This document shows positions 27,962 to 37,724 of a stretch of 64,000 nucleotides of DNA, piece by piece (position 1 is the stretch's first letter; every line of letters starts with the position of its first letter). Source of the stretch: Polyangiaceae bacterium (GTDB taxonomy: Bacteria > Myxococcota_A > Polyangia > Polyangiales > Polyangiaceae); assembly GCA_965222375.1 (NCBI GenBank), contig CBDCTZ010000012.1, positions 160,001-224,000 on the forward strand, read 5' to 3'. Position numbers and translations under genes: made by a program. The notes under the pieces are model-generated. The model made no database searches. It saw nothing but the letters and a program-made list of their open reading frames with translations, and was not told the DNA's origin.

Positions 27962-29505
27962 GTATGGACGTCATCTTTGGCCTGTCGCCGCTGCTTTCGG
28001 TGGCGCTTGGTGCGCTGCTGCTCATGCTCGCCGAGGCCTTCGGCAAGCCACAGAACGAGCACGGGTTCGGGCCCGACGGCGTTGTGGTGGATGCTGGCGC
28101 CGGGCGTGCCGGCGAGCTTGGCATGCTCGCGGCGGTCATTCTGTTGGCCGGCAGTGCTCTGAGCATGGGCGTGTGGTTTGCGGGCCCCGAGAACCTGGAG
28201 GGGCTCGACAGCCTGCAGCCGTATCTGATCATCGACCGCTTCACGATCTTCTTCTGCTTCATGTTGTGTCTCGGAGGCGCTCTGGCGTCGTTGCTTGCGG
28301 GTGGCTATCTCGCGGAGCACCGCATCGACCGAAGCGAGTTCTTCCCCTTGGTACTCTTCGCCACGGTCGGTGCCATGGCTCTGGCGGCGTCCGGGGAGTT
28401 ACTCACCCTCTTCGTGGCCCTGGAGACCATGTCCCTCGGCGTCTACGCCATGGTCGGGCTGCGCCGGAGCGCGCGAGCCAGCGAAGCGGCGCTGAAGTAC
28501 TTTCTGCTGGGTAGCTTTGCCGCCGCCTTGATGCTGTTTGGTGCGGCCTTGCTCTACGGCGCGACCGGCCATACGGACCTGGCCGGCATCGGAGCCGCCA
28601 TCAAGACCGTCGGTCAAGGGGGCTCGACCGTCAGCGCCGCCCCGGTGCTCGTGGCGCTCGTCCTGACCCTGGCCGGTCTCGCTTTCAAAGTGAGCGCGGT
28701 GCCCTTCCACATGTGGACCCCGGACGCCTATGAAGGCGCTCCGACTCCGGCCACGAGCTACATGGCAGTTGCGGTCAAGGCTGCGGCATTCGCGGTGCTG
28801 ATTCGCGTACTCTTGATCGGCTTCGGGGACGAGCGGCTCATGAGTTGGGCCAGCGGTTGGCCACCAGCCTTGGCCACGATGGCGGTATTAAGCATGACCG
28901 TCGCCAACCTCATCGCGGGCCGACAGGCATCGGTGAAGCGCATGCTGGCGTATTCGTCGATCGCCCACGCGGGCTATGCCCTCGTAGGTGTCGTCGCGAT
29001 CATGCGCAGCGACATGGGACAGGCAAGCGTCCTGTTCTACCTACTTACCTATACGGTCTCCACTGCGGGTGCGTTCGGCGCGCTGATCTACTGCGGCAGC
29101 CGCGGCAAAGAAGCCGTCAGTTATGAAGACCTAGCCGGGATTGCGAAGCGCCACCCCACAGCGGCTCTGGCCTTCTCGCTGTTCCTGCTTTCCCTGGCGG
29201 GGATCCCGCCCACAGCGGGCTTTTTCGGCAAGCTGTATATCTTTCAGGCTGCCATGGACGCAGAGCTGTACACGCTGGCGGTGTTGGGTCTGCTCAACAG
29301 CTTGTTGGGCGCCTACTACTATCTGCGAGTCCTCGTGTTCATGTACATGCGTGAGCCCGCACCTGGCGCGCCCATCGCCGTACCCATGCGCTCCGCCTAC
29401 GTGGCCTCCGCTCTGGTCATCGCAGCGGTCTTGGTGCTCGCCTTGGGTGTTCTCCCTGACTCCTGGTTGGAGATGGCGGGAGCCGCGGGCGTGCTCAAGA
29501 GCTGA
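27958..29505 (+). CDS. nuoN: NADH-quinone oxidoreductase subunit N
   Basis: EAALKYFLLG, FKVSAVPFHMWTPDAYEGAP, KRMLAYSSIAHAGY. Confidence 0.96.
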   Translation: MSMDVIFGLSPLLSVALGALLLMLAEAFGKPQNEHGFGPDGVVVDAGAGRAGELGMLAAVILLAGSALSMGVWFAGPENLEGLDSLQPYLIIDRFTIFFCFMLCLGGALASLLAGGYLAEHRIDRSEFFPLVLFATVGAMALAASGELLTLFVALETMSLGVYAMVGLRRSARASEAALKYFLLGSFAAALMLFGAALLYGATGHTDLAGIGAAIKTVGQGGSTVSAAPVLVALVLTLAGLAFKVSAVPFHMWTPDAYEGAPTPATSYMAVAVKAAAFAVLIRVLLIGFGDERLMSWASGWPPALATMAVLSMTVANLIAGRQASVKRMLAYSSIAHAGYALVGVVAIMRSDMGQASVLFYLLTYTVSTAGAFGALIYCGSRGKEAVSYEDLAGIAKRHPTAALAFSLFLLSLAGIPPTAGFFGKLYIFQAAMDAELYTLAVLGLLNSLLGAYYYLRVLVFMYMREPAPGAPIAVPMRSAYVASALVIAAVLVLALGVLPDSWLEMAGAAGVLKS

Positions 29506-29578
29506 AGTAGGCGCCGGCAGCCTCAAGAGGTGAAGTAGCCGCGGGCGCGGTCGAGAGCCAAAGCAGGCGCGCTTGGAC

Positions 29579-29614
29579 AAAAAGAGACGGGCACGCCCTT
29601 CGGCGTGCCCGTCT
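29579..29614 (-). terminator. Intrinsic terminator between convergent nuoN and the DUF4352-like gene
   Basis: Perfect 13-bp stem agacgggcacgcc-cttc-ggcgtgcccgtct with a U-tract on the minus strand. Confidence 0.8.
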
Positions 29615-29635
29615 AGTCCGTCTCGACTATAAATC

Positions 29636-30193
29636 TCAGCGGCCCAGGTCGAACTTCAACTGCTGCTTGCCGGCCCCGATGATGATCGGGTTGTAGGTGA
29701 GCTTCAATCCGCTCGCCTTCTTGGGTACCTCGAAGGTGACCCAGCCCTTGGCTTTCTCGCCCTTGCCGACGCGCACGCTCTTTAGGTCAGGCGTGCAGCC
29801 GCCGAAAGTGCTCGTGTAGGAGTACCCTTCGCTGTCGGTCACCTTCGCGTAGAAGGGGTTCACGGCCACGTCCTTGTCGGCTGTGCCCTCGACGTTCACT
29901 TCCACGCCGAGCTTGATGTTGCCTTTTTTGGCGCGGAAGTAGTACTTGACCTTGCACTCCTTCACGTTCTCGATGGTCATGGCGTAGTCGGGCGCGGTGG
30001 CCTTTTCACCTACGTTCCATACCTTGTTGCTCGGTGTCGGCTTGGTCGTGGTGGTGGTTCCGGTGTTGGTCGTCGGCGTCTCAGCCGTAGTGGGGGCCGG
30101 TGGGGGTGGCGACTTCTTCTTGCAAGCCAAGAGCGCGCCGACAACCAGCGCTGCGCAACCGAAGGTGGTCCAAGAGCTCGAACGAATGTGCAT
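29636..30193 (-). CDS. DUF4352-like Ig-fold lipoprotein
   Basis: Lipobox LLAC, Pro/Thr linker, GEKAKGWVTFEVPK..LKLTY. Confidence 0.78.
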   Translation of the reverse strand: MHIRSSSWTTFGCAALVVGALLACKKKSPPPPAPTTAETPTTNTGTTTTTKPTPSNKVWNVGEKATAPDYAMTIENVKECKVKYYFRAKKGNIKLGVEVNVEGTADKDVAVNPFYAKVTDSEGYSYTSTFGGCTPDLKSVRVGKGEKAKGWVTFEVPKKASGLKLTYNPIIIGAGKQQLKFDLGR

Positions 30194-30373
30194 CAGCGGC
30201 ACCCTTTCCCTGTTTTCGTCGTTTCGAAAAACCGCGCCGACCTTACCCGAAAACGGGTCGGATTTTGAAGCGGAGAGGGCCAGAACGGCCCGAGGATTGC
30301 TCCCTTTGAATTCGGGCCGTAATACGGGCATTGTCCTGCGGGTCTTCCCGAATATCGCTGCATTGGTAACTAC

Positions 30374-31312
30374 ATGAAATTACAACATTTTTATCACAGG
30401 ACGGGAGCTTGGCGTTTTCCATCCGCCGCCGCCCTGGCCGCCATCTGGGTTTGCGCGACTGCCACCGCCGTTGGCTGCTCGAAAAAGAAACCCTCCGCCA
30501 CTGGGGTCCCTTCGGCTTCGGCGGTGGGGTCGGCTTCCGCGTCTGGGCCGCCGGTCGTGGCGGCAGTTCCGGTTGCGGTGGAAACCATCAGGAAGGCGGT
30601 CAACCCGAAAGGTAAGCCTGTCCACACCGGACCCACCGGCATCGTACGCGGGGTCGTGCGCATCGAGGGGCCACCGGCGCCACCCCGGGATGAAGTGTTG
30701 AGCAAGATCCCCGCGAAGTGTCAGTCATCGAAGGGCTTCTATGCCCCGGCCTTTCGCGAGGGGCCGGAGCGCGGCGTCGCTGACGTGCTCGTGACCGTCA
30801 GTGGCTACGACGCCTACGTTCCCGCGGCGGGCGAGACGAAGAGCGGGACGGTCAAGGATTGCGCGTTCGGGGCGCGCACCTACGCGCTGATGTTCGGTCA
30901 GAAGCTCCTGGTGAAGAACCTCGGGGCGATCCCTCAGATGCCCAAGCTTCTGGGCGCGAAAACCACCGCTGTCATGGTTGCAGTCCCAGGTGGAGACGCT
31001 GTGGAGCTGCTGCCCGACCACCCCGGCAGGTTCGCCTTGGTGGATGAGATGTACAGTGGCGTCCAGGCTGACGTCTTTGTCCTGCAGTACCCAACCTTCG
31101 CCGTGACGGGGACGGATGGTCGCTTCGAGATCCGGGGTGTCCCTCCAGGAGAACTGAAGCTTAATGCGCTGCTACCCTCGACCATGTCAGCGAAGAGCCA
31201 GAAGCTGAAAGTCCAAGGCGGCAAGTCCACGGAGGCGGAGATCGTGCTGAAGTATTCCAAGCCCTCGCCGGCGCCGTCGGCTTCAGGGCCAACACCACCC
31301 CAGATCCCCTGA
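30374..31312 (+). CDS. Lipoprotein with carboxypeptidase-regulatory-like/cupredoxin-like domains
   Basis: AVGC lipobox; FAVTGTDGRFEIRGVPPGE. Confidence 0.7.
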   Translation: MKLQHFYHRTGAWRFPSAAALAAIWVCATATAVGCSKKKPSATGVPSASAVGSASASGPPVVAAVPVAVETIRKAVNPKGKPVHTGPTGIVRGVVRIEGPPAPPRDEVLSKIPAKCQSSKGFYAPAFREGPERGVADVLVTVSGYDAYVPAAGETKSGTVKDCAFGARTYALMFGQKLLVKNLGAIPQMPKLLGAKTTAVMVAVPGGDAVELLPDHPGRFALVDEMYSGVQADVFVLQYPTFAVTGTDGRFEIRGVPPGELKLNALLPSTMSAKSQKLKVQGGKSTEAEIVLKYSKPSPAPSASGPTPPQIP

Positions 31313-31329
31313 GGCGGTGGCTGCTGGCC

Positions 31330-32466
31330 TCAGAAGTGGAGTACTTTTTTCGACCTCGGCTGGGAGCGAGGGGACTGGGATAGGCCCGCTTTGCGGAGTC
31401 GATCTTCGATGCCGCGTTCCAGGGCATCGGACGGATCAGGCAGGGTTGGGGCGGCGCGGATCCAGGCCCGGGCTGCGTCGTCGCCAGCGCGGCGCCGAAG
31501 CATCTCTGTCATGAGTCGACTGCTGAGCGGGCTCAGGGGAGCAGTGGGTGTTGCCGGCGGCGTTCCAGGAAAGACTTCGCCCCGCAGGTCTGCAGCGACC
31601 CATAAGGCGACATACGCATCGCCGTCCGTTGGGTCGGCGGCGAGGACGTGGAGTGCTTGCGCCTGCGCCAGCTTGGCCGCACCGAGCGCTGCTGCCCTGC
31701 TGGCGAGGGCCCCGGGACCCAGGCGGCAGCGATTCGCCAGGTCCCGAGCCAGGCCGAGTTTGCCGCTGGTGATGGCGTGATCCAGGTCTGCGCGCGTCGC
31801 GGCCTCGCACGACTCCACTGCGCCACCACTTCGCGCAATTGCCGTCTCTAGGGCACGAGCGCGAGTGGTCGCGTGGAGGGCCCAGGCTGGGTCGCCCGCG
31901 CGCTTCGCGAGGGTCGCGACGCGCTTCCAAGCAGTGGGAGACGCGTGCTGGAGGGCGTCGGAGATGGCCCAGCTCAGGGCTTCGCGAGCTTTGCCACTGG
32001 CCTGGAGGGACACGATTATGGTCGCGGTGGCATGGGGGTTGTTGGGGTCCCGAGCCACGGCGTGACGCGCGTGCTTCAGGGCTCGCTCGGGATCCCCCTC
32101 GAAGCGCGCGCACTCGGACTGGGCGATGGCTAGCGGCCCGTATTCGGGATCCAAACCATCGGCTCGGGCGAAGGCCGAGCCTGCTCCGGTGCGGTTCTTC
32201 AGGCGGCAGCGTACGAGTCCGAGGCGTGTCCAGAGCTCCGGGCTGTCAGGGTCGTCATCAACTGCGCGTTGGTAGGCGCGCTCGGCTTCCGAATAGGACT
32301 CGGCGAGTTCGAGCAACATGCCGCGGGTGTAGTTCGCGTAGGCGTCCGTGCCGATCACTCGCCCGCGGACTTCCTGACCATCAACGAGCCTCACGACCGA
32401 GCCACCAAGATTGCAGCTAGCGGACAAGCAGGCCGCGGCGAGTGCGACGAATGCGCGCGCCATCAT
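31330..32466 (-). CDS. TPR lipoprotein
   Basis: LSASC lipobox; AYQRAVDDDPDSPELWTRLG-type TPR motifs. Confidence 0.75.
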   Translation of the reverse strand: MMARAFVALAAACLSASCNLGGSVVRLVDGQEVRGRVIGTDAYANYTRGMLLELAESYSEAERAYQRAVDDDPDSPELWTRLGLVRCRLKNRTGAGSAFARADGLDPEYGPLAIAQSECARFEGDPERALKHARHAVARDPNNPHATATIIVSLQASGKAREALSWAISDALQHASPTAWKRVATLAKRAGDPAWALHATTRARALETAIARSGGAVESCEAATRADLDHAITSGKLGLARDLANRCRLGPGALASRAAALGAAKLAQAQALHVLAADPTDGDAYVALWVAADLRGEVFPGTPPATPTAPLSPLSSRLMTEMLRRRAGDDAARAWIRAAPTLPDPSDALERGIEDRLRKAGLSQSPRSQPRSKKVLHF

Positions 32467-33560
32467 GGGTTGAGGACCGCGGTCAAGGCCTGGAGGAAAG
32501 CGTCGTTGTCTGCGCGGGTGCTCACGGTGACTCGCAGATGCCGCGCCAGCCGGCCGCCTCTAGTGTGAAAGCTCCGCACAAGCACGCCCTGGGACTTCAA
32601 CGCTTCGAATAGCTCTCCGGCGTTGCCGGGAGTTTTCAACCACAAGAAGTTGGCATGGCTCTCCGCCGCGCTGCACTCCGGCAGTTCGTTGATCGCCTGC
32701 TGCAAGCGGGATCGCTCCGCCCTGATCGAGCGCACACTCGCTTGCACATCGTTCCAATGTTCGGTCAACACCCGCGTGGCCAGAAGCTGAGAGGGCCCTG
32801 ACAGGTTGAAGGGCTGGCGCACCTTGTCGAGCTCTCGAATCAAGTCTGGCCGTGCTAGAAGCCAGCCGACTCGCAAGCCCGCAAATCCGACCTTGCTCAG
32901 AGTGCGCATGACCACCACGTTGTCGTATTGGCGGTACAAGTCGACGGCGTCGCACTCAGAGAAGTCCACGTAGGCCTCGTCCACAACGACGACGGAGTCC
33001 GGCGCGGCCACAATCAGCTTTTCCAGGCGGTCGTGGCTAGCCAGTGTTCCCGTAGGGTTGTTGGGAGAAGCGACGAAGATGACGTTGGCAGGAGCCATGT
33101 CCACGGCACGCAGCATGGAATCCGTGGCAAGGTCCCAAGCATCGTCCAGGGGTACTTCCAGCACGCGCATGCCCCGCGCTCGCGCGTTGATGCGATACAT
33201 CACGAAGCTCGGGGTGGTCGCCAGTATCGTCGCCGGGCCGTTCTTGGCTTTCGGCTGCCTCAGCGCAGTGAGGAGCATCGCGACGATTTCGTCGCTGCCC
33301 ACGCCGACCAAGATCTCCTCGGGTGTGGCGCCCATGTGTGCGGCAATGGCGGCGCGCAGGTCGCGCGCTTCCGCATCTGGGTAGCGCTCAAAAGTCGCAT
33401 CAGCCAGCATGCTCACAAGGTCGGCGCGCATGCGCTCGGAGTCGACGGGCGGGGACTCGTTTGCGTCCAGCCGCACCGCGTATTGCCCTGGGTGGGGCAC
33501 GTAGCTGGTTAGCTCGGCGAGTTCCGGAGCTAGAAGTTGGGCGAGCGCTTGCCGCATCAC
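32463..33560 (-). CDS. hisC: Histidinol-phosphate aminotransferase
   Basis: LDANES, RYPD, GSDE, SPNNPTG, DEAY, RTLSK. Confidence 0.92.
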   Translation of the reverse strand: MMRQALAQLLAPELAELTSYVPHPGQYAVRLDANESPPVDSERMRADLVSMLADATFERYPDAEARDLRAAIAAHMGATPEEILVGVGSDEIVAMLLTALRQPKAKNGPATILATTPSFVMYRINARARGMRVLEVPLDDAWDLATDSMLRAVDMAPANVIFVASPNNPTGTLASHDRLEKLIVAAPDSVVVVDEAYVDFSECDAVDLYRQYDNVVVMRTLSKVGFAGLRVGWLLARPDLIRELDKVRQPFNLSGPSQLLATRVLTEHWNDVQASVRSIRAERSRLQQAINELPECSAAESHANFLWLKTPGNAGELFEALKSQGVLVRSFHTRGGRLARHLRVTVSTRADNDAFLQALTAVLNP

Positions 33561-33578
33561 GTTGGAGGATACCGCCCT

Positions 33579-34880
33579 TCAGCGAGCGCGGATCGAGTCC
33601 AGGGCCAGTTTGGCTGCTTCCAGGCTGATTTGCCCGCCCTGGGTCAGCACCTGGACAACATGCTCCACCTCGCTACCCGTGGCTCCGGCAGCGGCGGCGA
33701 CGGAGCGTGCGTGCAACGACATGTGGCCACGTTGGATCCCCTCCGTAGCCAGCGCCCGCAGTGCCGCAAGATTCGATGCCAAGCCCACGGATGCGGCGAC
33801 TTCGGACAGTTGTGCCGCTTCGTTGATGCCCATGATGTCCAAACTGAGCCGGGCGGCCGGGTGCACTCGCAGGGTCCCGCCGACGGTGCCGAGGGCGAGG
33901 GGCATCTCCAGTTCACCCACGAGATCTTCACCGTCTCGGCGCCAAACGCCGAGGGGAGCGTACTGGCCCGAGCGGGCGGCGTAGGCATGGGCGCCCGCCT
34001 CGACGGCGCGCCAGTCATTGCCGGTCGCCATCACTACCGCATCGACGCCGTTCATGATGCCCTTATTGTGGGTAGCTGCTCGGTACGGATCCAGCTCGGC
34101 GAATCGGGAAGCGTTGACGATCCCGTCGACCACTTCCCGCCCGCCTGCATCTCGGCTCAGAGCGAGATCCGAGGCGTGGGCGCGACAAGTTACCCGCACG
34201 CGGCGGCGGTCACACAGATTGGTGAGGATGCGCAATCCGAGACGCCCGCCTGTGATCTCTCGGGCACGGGGGCCAACGACCTCCGCAACCGAGTTCACCA
34301 GGTTGGCGCCCATGGCATCCTTGCACTCGACGTGCACGTGCAGCACCAGGACTCCCTGGCCTAGGTGGCGCACTTCGATGCCCCGCGGGCCACCGCCGCG
34401 TTCGAGAAGCCCAGGCACTGCACGGGCCGCAAGCTCTAGTAGTTCGTCCGTGGAGTGCTCCAGCCGTCCGACACTTCCTGGTACGTCTTGCACGTCGGTG
34501 AGTTGGATTTGCGTCGTCATCCAGGTCTCGAGCATTTCGGCCGAGAAGCCCCCGGCGGCGCGGACCATTTTCGCCGCGTTCGAGGCTGCCGCGATGACGC
34601 TGGGCTCTTCCACGACCATGGGTACCAAGCGGTCGACTCCGTTCACCCGCACGTTGAGCGCAATCCCAAAGGGCAGTCCGTACAGACCGAGTACGTTCTC
34701 GACGACCTTGTCCGCGGTGGTCGCGTCCAAGCCACCCGATTCCAGCGCTGCGTCAAGTCGCTCCAAGGAGACGCTTGAGCGTTCTGCGATGAGCTTGCGC
34801 CGGTCTGTGACCCCGAGCTTGTAGAAGCTCGGGATGCGAGAGCCCTCTTCGGCGTCAGGGTCGAAATCCTGGGAGTTCAT
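33579..34880 (-). CDS. mvaA: Class II HMG-CoA reductase
   Basis: ENVLG, EEPSVIAA, DAMGAN, RAATHNKGIMNG, GIQRGHM. Confidence 0.95.
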   Translation of the reverse strand: MNSQDFDPDAEEGSRIPSFYKLGVTDRRKLIAERSSVSLERLDAALESGGLDATTADKVVENVLGLYGLPFGIALNVRVNGVDRLVPMVVEEPSVIAAASNAAKMVRAAGGFSAEMLETWMTTQIQLTDVQDVPGSVGRLEHSTDELLELAARAVPGLLERGGGPRGIEVRHLGQGVLVLHVHVECKDAMGANLVNSVAEVVGPRAREITGGRLGLRILTNLCDRRRVRVTCRAHASDLALSRDAGGREVVDGIVNASRFAELDPYRAATHNKGIMNGVDAVVMATGNDWRAVEAGAHAYAARSGQYAPLGVWRRDGEDLVGELEMPLALGTVGGTLRVHPAARLSLDIMGINEAAQLSEVAASVGLASNLAALRALATEGIQRGHMSLHARSVAAAAGATGSEVEHVVQVLTQGGQISLEAAKLALDSIRAR

Positions 34881-34898
34881 GATTCTTGGGCTGGCAAC

Positions 34899-35798
34899 CT
34901 AGGTCACGGCGTGTACGCCGCGCGCGCCCAGCTTTAGGTTCAAGGGGCGATAGCCGAAGTCGTCCCGCAGCTCAACAAGTGCTTCGGAAGCTGGCGTCTT
35001 TCCGACGTACAATACACTGTCGCCACCGCCGGCACCCGAAGGCAGCGTGGTCGCCCCGTGGCGCCGAGCCAACTCTCGAAGCGCCCGTACCGAGTCCGGT
35101 ATGATGGGCGCTGTGGCCGCCTGCCCCAGGGCGTCCAGCGCATCCACCTGAGCGTCCAGGGCTCCAACCACGCCGTTCGCGTCGGCGGCGTGCACTGCGT
35201 CCCGCGCATCCTTGGCGGCCTTGGTCTGGGCTGCGAGTAGGGACTCGAAGCTGCTGGCACTCGCCTGCTTCAGTGCGAGGACCCGGCCAACCAGCTCGGG
35301 CGTGCTAGCGGACTGTCCGGAAAACCAGACCTCGATCACCAGATCGGGGGGCAGCTTTGCTGGCTCGACCTGCAGAGAGTCCCCACGCAAGCGCGCCGAG
35401 AGGACGCCACCAAAGGCCGCCGCCGCGACGTCGACGCCACTGCCTCCGCCCTGAGCGCGACGGTGCGCTGCTCGGGAGGGTTCGAAAACGGCTTGGCGCA
35501 AAGCGCTATCGTCCAGGGTGGGATCTTTCTCGAGCAGCGTGGCCGCCAAGGACGCAACCAGGATCGCGGCGCTCGATCCGAGGCCCAGTTTCTGGTTGTC
35601 AGCTCTGAGCTCGCTCGCGTCGAAGGCTGGCGCGGGTGCCTGTCCAAGGGCCTCTCGCACTTCGGGCGTGACGAAGTCGGGGCGCTTGCTCGTATCCGCC
35701 ATCACGTATCGGTCTACCGCCGCAACGATCGCCGGGGCGCCAAATAGGACCGCGTAGGCACCAGAAAGGATCAACTTGCCGGGGGCCGCTGCTCTCAT
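34899..35798 (-). CDS. Phosphomevalonate kinase-like GHMP kinase
   Basis: APGKLILSG.YAVL, KLGLGSSAA, QGGGSGVDVAA, SGAGGGD; located between mvaD and mvaA. Confidence 0.82.
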   Translation of the reverse strand: MRAAAPGKLILSGAYAVLFGAPAIVAAVDRYVMADTSKRPDFVTPEVREALGQAPAPAFDASELRADNQKLGLGSSAAILVASLAATLLEKDPTLDDSALRQAVFEPSRAAHRRAQGGGSGVDVAAAAFGGVLSARLRGDSLQVEPAKLPPDLVIEVWFSGQSASTPELVGRVLALKQASASSFESLLAAQTKAAKDARDAVHAADANGVVGALDAQVDALDALGQAATAPIIPDSVRALRELARRHGATTLPSGAGGGDSVLYVGKTPASEALVELRDDFGYRPLNLKLGARGVHAVT

Positions 35799-36799
35799 GG
35801 GCCAGCTTCGGGCTCGAGGATCCTCCGGGCCGCGGCCGGGTCCAGAATTTCCGCGTCTCGTCCCGGGGAGGCGACGATGAGTCGGGTCACGCCGGGCACT
35901 TGGCTCAGCTCAGAAGAAAGAGCGCCGGCGTCGGCGCTCGAGCACAGCAGCTTCACGTGAGGCCCGGCATCCATAGTGGGGTAGGCGCGAGCGCCGTCGT
36001 CGCGCAGACGCCGCGCTTTCTCTAGGACTGCCAGAGTTGCGGGGCGGAAGTAGACGAGAGGCGGCCGCGCCGCGAACATACACGCATGCATCATCAGCGC
36101 GCTCTGTTCCGCGGCCTGTCCTAGGTCTTCCAGTCGTCGTGTTTCCAGCGCCGTGCGGATTTCGTCGAACAGAGACCGCGAGTGCGAGAGCCAAGTCGAG
36201 TAGTAAGGGCTCGTCTTCGCCGTGTGCTGCATGCCCTGGGTGGAACCGGTCTTCTTGGAGCCCGGATCGGTCACGACAACCAACATCTTCACGTCCATAT
36301 GGTCGGCGGGGGCGACTCGCGCAGCACTCTCGGCACCGGCGTCGAGCATGACCCAGCCGCCGAAGACCGAGCGCGCAGCTGACGCGCTTGCCGCGCGCGC
36401 CAGGGCGCTGGCGTCTTCGGCACTAGCCTCCAGCCCAGCGGCCCGGGTTGCCGCCAAAGCCAAGGCGGCGAATCCCGAGGCACTCGACGCCAAACCGGCC
36501 GCAGTCGGAAAGTTGTTTCGACTCACCACCCGGGCGAACTCTTTGCGATCGGCACGGCGCCGCACCGCCTCGAGCAACGCGCTCACTCGCGCCTGCTCGC
36601 CTTCGCGGGCCGGGCGGCCGTCGAGGCTCACGCCATCGACGTCAAGTTCCGCGTCGAAGCGGACGTGCGTGACCGTGTCCAGCCCGTCGAGGGTGAGGGA
36701 CAGACTAGGCACCGCGGTCAGGTTTCGACTGACGTCGGCCTTGCCCCAGTATTTGGCCAAAGCAATGTTGGCGGAGGCCCGTGCAAAAGCCTCACTCAT
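35795..36799 (-). CDS. mvaD: Diphosphomevalonate decarboxylase
   Basis: NIALAKYWGK, NNFPTAAGLASSASGFAA, TMDAGPHVK. Confidence 0.95.
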   Translation of the reverse strand: MSEAFARASANIALAKYWGKADVSRNLTAVPSLSLTLDGLDTVTHVRFDAELDVDGVSLDGRPAREGEQARVSALLEAVRRRADRKEFARVVSRNNFPTAAGLASSASGFAALALAATRAAGLEASAEDASALARAASASAARSVFGGWVMLDAGAESAARVAPADHMDVKMLVVVTDPGSKKTGSTQGMQHTAKTSPYYSTWLSHSRSLFDEIRTALETRRLEDLGQAAEQSALMMHACMFAARPPLVYFRPATLAVLEKARRLRDDGARAYPTMDAGPHVKLLCSSADAGALSSELSQVPGVTRLIVASPGRDAEILDPAAARRILEPEAGP

Positions 36800-37682
36800 T
36801 GCGTGCCCCCACTTCCGCAGCGAAGCACTGGATGTCATTGGCTCGCCAGGCGTCGAGCACATTCGTGGCGTCGCCTTCGACCAGAGCAATCACCGCGCCA
36901 CCTCCGCCCGCACCGGTGAGCTTCGCGCCCAGGGCGCCCGCCTCCCGGGCAATCCCACAGGCATTTTCGATCTCGACGCTGGATACGTGCAGCCCCGCCA
37001 ACAGCATCTGGTTCAGATTCATCAGCTTGCCCAAGCCATCAATGTCCCCCGCCTCGAGGCAAAGCTTAGCGTTTCTCACCAGGGATTCGATGCCGTCCAG
37101 TGCTTTCTGGACCATTTCGGGTCTGCGCTCCTTCAGAGCGCGTACGCCGTCCACCATCAGTTTCGTGCTCGCCGGTGGCCCAGCGATCCCCACGGCCACC
37201 ACGAGGTGTTTGGGCAGTCGGATGACTTCGGGTTCGGTGCCGCGACGGAACCAGATGCAGCTGGCGCTGGCCGCGGCGGCGGTGTCGATGCCCGACGGGT
37301 TGCCGTGGAAGACCTCTTCGAATGCCGATGCGGCTGCGAGCACCCGGCGCTCGTGGTCGCCGTCGTCGCCGATGGCGTCCAATACTGCGCGCGCTGTCGC
37401 GACGGCGATGGCTGCGGAAGCGCCCAAGCCCGAACCCACGGCAACCTCGACCTGAACTCGAGTCGCGCAAGCTGGTGCGCCGAGGCTGGCAAGCAGCCGG
37501 CCATATGCCGTCGCGACGTCGCTGCCGGGTTCGAAGCTGTCCTCCCCGATATGGATCCGAGGGAAGTCACTGCGCTTCGCCGTCGCTTCCGCGCCGCGGC
37601 TGATGCCAGCGGCGATGGCGGGGACACCGTACACGACGGCGTGCTCTCCACACAGAATCACCTTGCCGCTAGCGCGCGCCAT
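36792..37682 (-). CDS. mvk: Mevalonate kinase
   Basis: GKVILCGEHAVVYG, GSGLGASAA, HGNPSGID, KLTGAGGGG. Confidence 0.95.
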   Translation of the reverse strand: MARASGKVILCGEHAVVYGVPAIAAGISRGAEATAKRSDFPRIHIGEDSFEPGSDVATAYGRLLASLGAPACATRVQVEVAVGSGLGASAAIAVATARAVLDAIGDDGDHERRVLAAASAFEEVFHGNPSGIDTAAAASASCIWFRRGTEPEVIRLPKHLVVAVGIAGPPASTKLMVDGVRALKERRPEMVQKALDGIESLVRNAKLCLEAGDIDGLGKLMNLNQMLLAGLHVSSVEIENACGIAREAGALGAKLTGAGGGGAVIALVEGDATNVLDAWRANDIQCFAAEVGARNE

Positions 37683-37724
37683 GGGTCGGCTTCCCGAAGT
37701 GGGCCATGCTCACGGGCTCCCCAA

